From: the human T2T-CHM13v2.0 reference genome, Homo sapiens
Direction: 5' to 3' (one strand)
Assembly: GCF_009914755.1 (NCBI RefSeq)
Contig: NC_060926.1
Length of the DNA: 64,000 nucleotides
Both the position numbers and the translations under genes were made by a program. Every line of letters begins with the position of its first letter. Position 1 is the first letter of the stretch. Of the stretch, positions 59,081 to 64,000 are shown in pieces. The notes under the pieces were generated by a model. The model was not told where the DNA came from and searched no databases. It was given only the letters and a program-made list of their open reading frames with translations.

Positions 59081-59587
59081 AAATACTGAAGTGGTTCCCC
59101 AAGACACCAATTTAAAGTGTATATATGCAGTGCAGGGTTACTGGACCAAGGCACAGTGTAAACAGGGAAATTTTATTTTTTGTTTTCTTTTTCCTAAGAT
59201 GTTCCTTAGTCCCAGTTACATAAAAATGTGTATTACAAGCAAACAAAAATTAACAGGAATAGAAATAACTATAAAGTATATTCACATTAAAATCAGCTTT
59301 GCTTTATCTATTAAAGGATGTAACACACTTGTGGTTTTCAGGACCTTGTAACTCCTGGTTTATTGGAAAGCACAGAAATTCTTCAGAGCCTCAAGAGTTG
59401 TGTTTAATGCATTATTTAAATAGTGTCCAACCACTAGTTAGATAGCTTAGCACTCAAATAGCTTTTGAAATCTCTGTAGACTCACCTCAATTGAAGAGTC
59501 CTGATAATTTACAGAAGTGTGTAGTGCACTAAGAGATCCCTGATGTACGATGTCTGCCTGTGGAGTGTTTTATGTGTTGATCCACTG

Positions 59588-59589
<2 letters not shown>

Positions 59590-59632
<43 letters not shown>

Positions 59633-59693
59633 TGTGTGTAGGTGGGTGAGTATGGGTGGGCATGGATTGTGTGTGTGTGTGTGTGTGTATGTG
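59590..59693. repeat. Two (TG)n microsatellites (~59590-59630 and ~59668-59693)
   Basis: Directly visible. Confidence 0.95.
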
Positions 59694-60994
59694 TTTACAC
59701 TGTTGTATGTGTCTGTTGGGGTGCCGCCATTTGGGATTTGGAAGAGTGAGGACCATAAACTTGTCAACATTCCTACATGCCTGCTTCATAACAAGTGTAC
59801 TGAACGTGGCCAAAATAAGTAAACCAAGTAAACAAATTAGACATTAATTAAACTTAATGCTGGGCAGGAAAGAAGTATTCAAGACCAGGTAAAATGAAGA
59901 AATATAACCAAATGAATGAAATTTTTAGATTGATTCGTAGAGTGAGACAGGAATATTTTTTAAAATTTGTAATTTCTAATGACTATCAGTATATAAAACT
60001 AAGAATTATATGACTCTCAATTGACTAAAAACTACTTAAGATTTGAGCTAGTGAAACAACCATATATGATCTTCTATTTCCACTTTTCTGTCTCAAGAAT
60101 GACTTGTGAAAATGTTTTTTTTGAAATTTTACATTCTTATCTTGAAAGAGCTTCACAAAATTTACATGAGAATCTGGATGCTCATAAGAGGTCTGATTTT
60201 TTAATGGCATGTTTGTATTTCTGTTATGAACATCAATGTCAAGCATTCGTTTCCTGAGCTGTTCTCTACAACACAATTTAACTTGTAATGGACACTCAAT
60301 AAATCGTTGGTTGGATATGCAAATCAACACCTTAGTTCCATCAATTTTCATTTCATATAAAAATGCCTGATCTTCTATACTCATCAATGAAACAGAGAGA
60401 GATGAAGGAGGGAGAGCAGTTGAGACTGAGAGGATGACAAGCAGACCTCATTCTGCAGTGGATTTCCTACACTCTCCACTTCTGAATGCTTGGAAACACT
60501 TGCCATGCTCAAAAAATATTGGTATTTCCTAGGCAGCAAATGGGAGTTAAAGAAAGTCCATATTTCTATATTACAATAACTTACACTATAATACACAGAC
60601 AACATACATTACTAAGCTATTTCAATTCATAGAAAATGTACATAAATATAGGTGAGCAAGGTGTAGGAGAAGCGTTAGTAATCAAGCTGAGTGTGATTGT
60701 GAGATTAAATCTAATATTATACAATTATTGTATAATTGTATCAGTTGACATATCTGTTGAAACAAAAGGTGGGAGAGTTTTGCATGCGCTTCCGAAATAT
60801 ACTGGATGATGTTAGGAGAGAGGCGGGTCAACATGGCTAGGCCAGAAGTGTTTACTAATTGAGGCTTAGGAAAGTTAAGTTCCTAACCAGAGACTGGGAG
60901 ATAGAGGCGCTCAATTGTATAACATTTATATTTAATATATATTTAATAATATATAGTAAAGTATTAAAATGCCAATTTTAAGTCTTTTCACTTT

Positions 60995-62435
60995 CTTCTT
61001 AAAAACAGAGGTTTTATTGCGTTTGGTCCACAGTCGGTATTTCACATTATCTCATAGCGTAGGGCCCCTGGGGGGAGGGCTCTGCGCAGTACTTGGCGTG
61101 GCCTGGGGCCGGGGGAGATAGAGCAGTAGACCTGGTCAGGCCCGGAAGGGGAGAAGGAGGGCCGGGACTCCTTAAGACCTACTGAAGGGCTGGGCGCGGT
61201 GGCTCACGCCTGTCATCCCAACACTTTGGGAGGACGAAACAGGCGGATCACATGAGCGCAAGAGTTCCAAACCAGCCTGGCCAACATGGTGAAATCCCGT
61301 CTCTACTAAAAATACAAAAAATTAGCCAGGCGTGGTGGTGGGCGCCTGTAGTCCCAGCTATTCTGGAGGCTGAAGCAGGAGAATCGCTTGAGCCCGGTAG
61401 GCCGAGGTGCAGTGAGGCAAGATTACTCCAGTGCGCTTCAGCCTGGGCGACAGAGTGAGACTCCATCTCAAAAAAACAAAAACAAACAAAAAACCCTACT
61501 GAGGGCCACGGAGGTGGGGGAGCTAGGATGGAGATGGCTCAGGCTTAACCCTGACAACTCAAAATTCCACTACCTTGTACGGGCCTCAGTTTCCTCACGG
61601 GGCCCCAGCGTAGGTCTGAGGTCTGTTGGTCTGAGGGTCCTAGGGAAATCCAGCCACTCAGGAGCCTGAGATATTTTAGCATCGTGGCTGGGCCCCCTCT
61701 CCCAGGGGACTCATTTCCTAGCACCCTCTCCACTGTCCCCGCCCCATTCCTCGGGGAAAAAAATTTTTTTTTTATTTTGTTAATACTTCCTGAAACTTTT
61801 GCAGGTACAGAAACCACTTACTGATAGGCTGAGAAAAGGGGGAAGAGGAGAGGCAACCAGAAACCTTCAGGGACCCGTTCCCTCCATATCCAGGTCTCTT
61901 CTCTCCAGCACAGCTCAGCCCACAGCCTGGACATGCCAGCGGGGACCTTCACCCTACACGCATCAGGATACGGCCTTGATCCCTTCCGCCACAGCCCGGT
62001 GGCTCAGTCCTGAGAAGGAAGCAAAGCAAGGGGAGGTGGGGAAAAAACCCTGCTGCCTGATCCCACGCTGCCACTCAGACCCTCAGTTGACTGGCAGCAC
62101 TGAACAGCTTAAAAAAAAAAAGATGAAAACACAGAAAAACCCAAACACCCACAAGGGGAGACCATGTGTGGAGAGAGCGTGCTGGGAGCCTCAGTAGCCG
62201 GTCTCCTCCTGGTGGTAAGGGAGATATTCAGGGGCCTCCCCTGGCCCCGGGAAGTCACCGGAGCCCGAGGGAGCGCCATGGGCCACTGGGCCTCCCCAGT
62301 AGTACTTGGGGTCGTATATCTGTGGGCCCAGGCCGAAGGCCTGGCTGCTCTGATGAGCGCCCTGACTGTATCCCATCTTCAGGGACATGGAGGAGTTGTC
62401 ACACTTGTCGATTCCCAGCTTGGTGTCATAGATGT
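60995..62435 (-). pseudogene. CNN2P: 5'-truncated calponin-2 (CNN2) pseudogene: C-terminal CDS (62435-62191) plus 3' UTR
   Basis: Minus-strand translation IYDTKLGIDKCDNSSMSLKMGYSQGAHQSSQAFGLGPQIYDPKYYWGGPVAHGAPSGSGDFPGPGEAPEYLPYHQEETGY* is colinear with the CNN2 C-terminus as I recall it (...IYDTKLGTDKCDNSSMSLQMGYTQGANQSGQVFGLGRQIYDPKY...QEEAGY). About 1.2 kb of GC-rich 3' UTR follows, with AATAAA at 61018-61013. The paralog number cannot be assigned. Confidence 0.93.
61188..61493 (+). mobile_element. AluS-type, antisense to and inside the CNN2-derived 3' UTR
   Basis: Dimeric Alu; degenerate TSD aagacctactgaag / aaaccctactgagg. Confidence 0.93.
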
Positions 62436-62878
62436 ACTCATTCCTCCTATCTAGCTGTAAGTTTGTATTTGTTAACCAACCTCTCCCTGTCCTCTCCTCC
62501 CTGTTGCTCTCCCCAGCCTATAATAACCAGAATTCTACTCTCCACTTCCATGAGCTCAGTTCGTTTTTTTTTAGCTCCCACATATGAGTGAGAACATGCA
62601 AGATTTATAATTCTGTGCCTAGGTTATTTCACTTAATATAGTCTTCCAGCCTGATCCATGTTGCAGCCAAGGACAGGATTTCATTATTTTTACGGCTAAA
62701 TAGTACTCCACTGTGAATAGATACTACATTTTTAATCTATTATGTTTTTGGACATTTAGGTTGATTCTAAACTTGGCTACTGTGAATAGTGGCTGCTATA
62801 AACATGAGGGTGCAGGTATCTCCTAAATATGCTGATTTCCTTTCCTGTAGATAAATGCCACGTAGTGGGACTGCTGGA
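62436..62878 (-). mobile_element. L1MA 3' UTR fragment, truncated on both sides
   Basis: attcctcctatctagctgtaa...ttagctcccacatatgagtgagaacatg...gtagtgggactgctgga. Confidence 0.85.
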
Positions 62879-63264
62879 AAAAGAAAAAATTCTTTTTCTT
62901 TAAACCTGATCATGTCTGTCCTCATAAATGCATGTTACACCCATCTCTCGCCATCAATGCCACCCCACCCCGAGCAGTTTTTCACTCTTCTCTTCCCTCG
63001 TTCTCTGCACCCCGTGTGCCTCCATACCCCAGCCTCAGGCCTTTCTATACCACTTCCCATTTGAGGCACTGTGTTTTTATTCAACTTTGGTACTGTCCTT
63101 TGAGAATCTTCAACGTGATTTGGATATGGCACTTTTTATCAGGATGTTACGTCAGAGTTGATAAATTCAAAGTAATATCGTTCTTTTTCCTGCCAAAGTC
63201 AGCTCCTCCTTTCCACTGCACTTTCCTGCCGATGCCACCACTCTTTCTCCTGTTGTGTAGGGAG

Positions 63265-63335
63265 AACACAGGTCACCTCCCTGGCATGAAATGTGCAGGT
63301 GCTCAATAAAGATTTGTTGAGTACATGAATGAATG
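63265..63335 (+). mobile_element. L2 3' end
   Basis: cctggcat...aggtgctcaataaagatttgttgagtacatgaatgaatg. Confidence 0.6.
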
Positions 63336-64000
63336 TTCTTAGAGGACACCCTTGTACCTGGACTGGTCATTACATAGGTGTAAGTTTTATTCTCTAAAAG
63401 GGGTGAGTGAGAGTTTATACTAAGGTTGTAAGCATCCCTCAGGGCAGACTCTGGATATATAATACAGAACTGCTGAACTTGTGGAATGTGCATGTTTAAT
63501 ACTGAAAATATTTAATGTCACATGTGTAAGACTTTTGCCAACTGGAATCTGAACATCAACAACTTTGAAGGGCTTATTGTACCTTCTCAGCACAAAAATA
63601 CTTTCTACGAATACACAAATTTATGTGCAAACATATAGAAAATTGACTTTAAAGTGTACAACAAATTTATTTTAGCAATTGGGCCTGGGGCACCTAGAAG
63701 GAGAATGAGATTGGAGTGGTAGGGGTGGAACATTAGCTAATAATGCTTTATTTTATTAAAAGTAATTACTGAAAACCAATGCAATAAAATATTAACATGT
63801 TAATTGAAGGGATTGGGAGTATAGTGCTTATATTCTTCTTTACATGTTTTAATATCTTTAAAATTCCTTTTTTTGCTTTTCGTAAGGAAGTCACAGTTTA
63901 ATTGGCAGTATATCTCTAATGGTACATGAAATAATGTCTGATTTCTAAACATTGACATTCTACATTAGATGAAATATATTAACTATTAAGCTTTGATATT

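Noticed and set aside
59529-59847. His/Thr- and Cys/Val-repeat ORFs
   Set aside because: Translations of (TG)n microsatellites.
60716-60736. Inverted repeat attatacaat-t-attgtataat
   Set aside because: Short and AT-rich; plausible by chance in this composition.
61799-62591. Plus-strand ORFs of 96-141 aa
   Set aside because: Antisense frames of the GC-rich CNN2 CDS/UTR running into L1MA; no independent coding evidence.
62855-63493. Overlapping ORFs; considered a second pseudogene
   Set aside because: No translation matches a protein I recognise; the sequence is pyrimidine-rich and includes an L2 end.

Overview
AT-rich, repeat-dense primate genomic DNA, human-like given its AluY and young L1PA copies. 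I can support no intact protein-coding gene, tRNA, rRNA or CRISPR array. Most ORFs in the supplied track come from Alu, L1, MaLR or microsatellite sequence or are chance AT-rich frames. The only gene-derived sequence is a 5'-truncated calponin-2 (CNN2) pseudogene on the minus strand (~60995-62435). It keeps an open reading frame for the last ~80 codons, the 3' UTR with an antisense Alu, and an AATAAA signal, and it forms a CpG-retaining island. Four structures stand out: a rare twin-primed (5'-inverted) Alu with TSD and junction microhomology (36684-37011); a near full-length old L1PA inverted inside ORF1, nested in an MLT1 LTR and itself hit by a MaLR solo LTR and a young L1PA (39380-46156); a short SVA2-like fragment (11827-11980); and the CNN2/L1MA fusion junction. 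Repeat subfamily names come from recalled consensus sequences, and boundaries of old elements are approximate. I see no evidence of a wholly new biological system.
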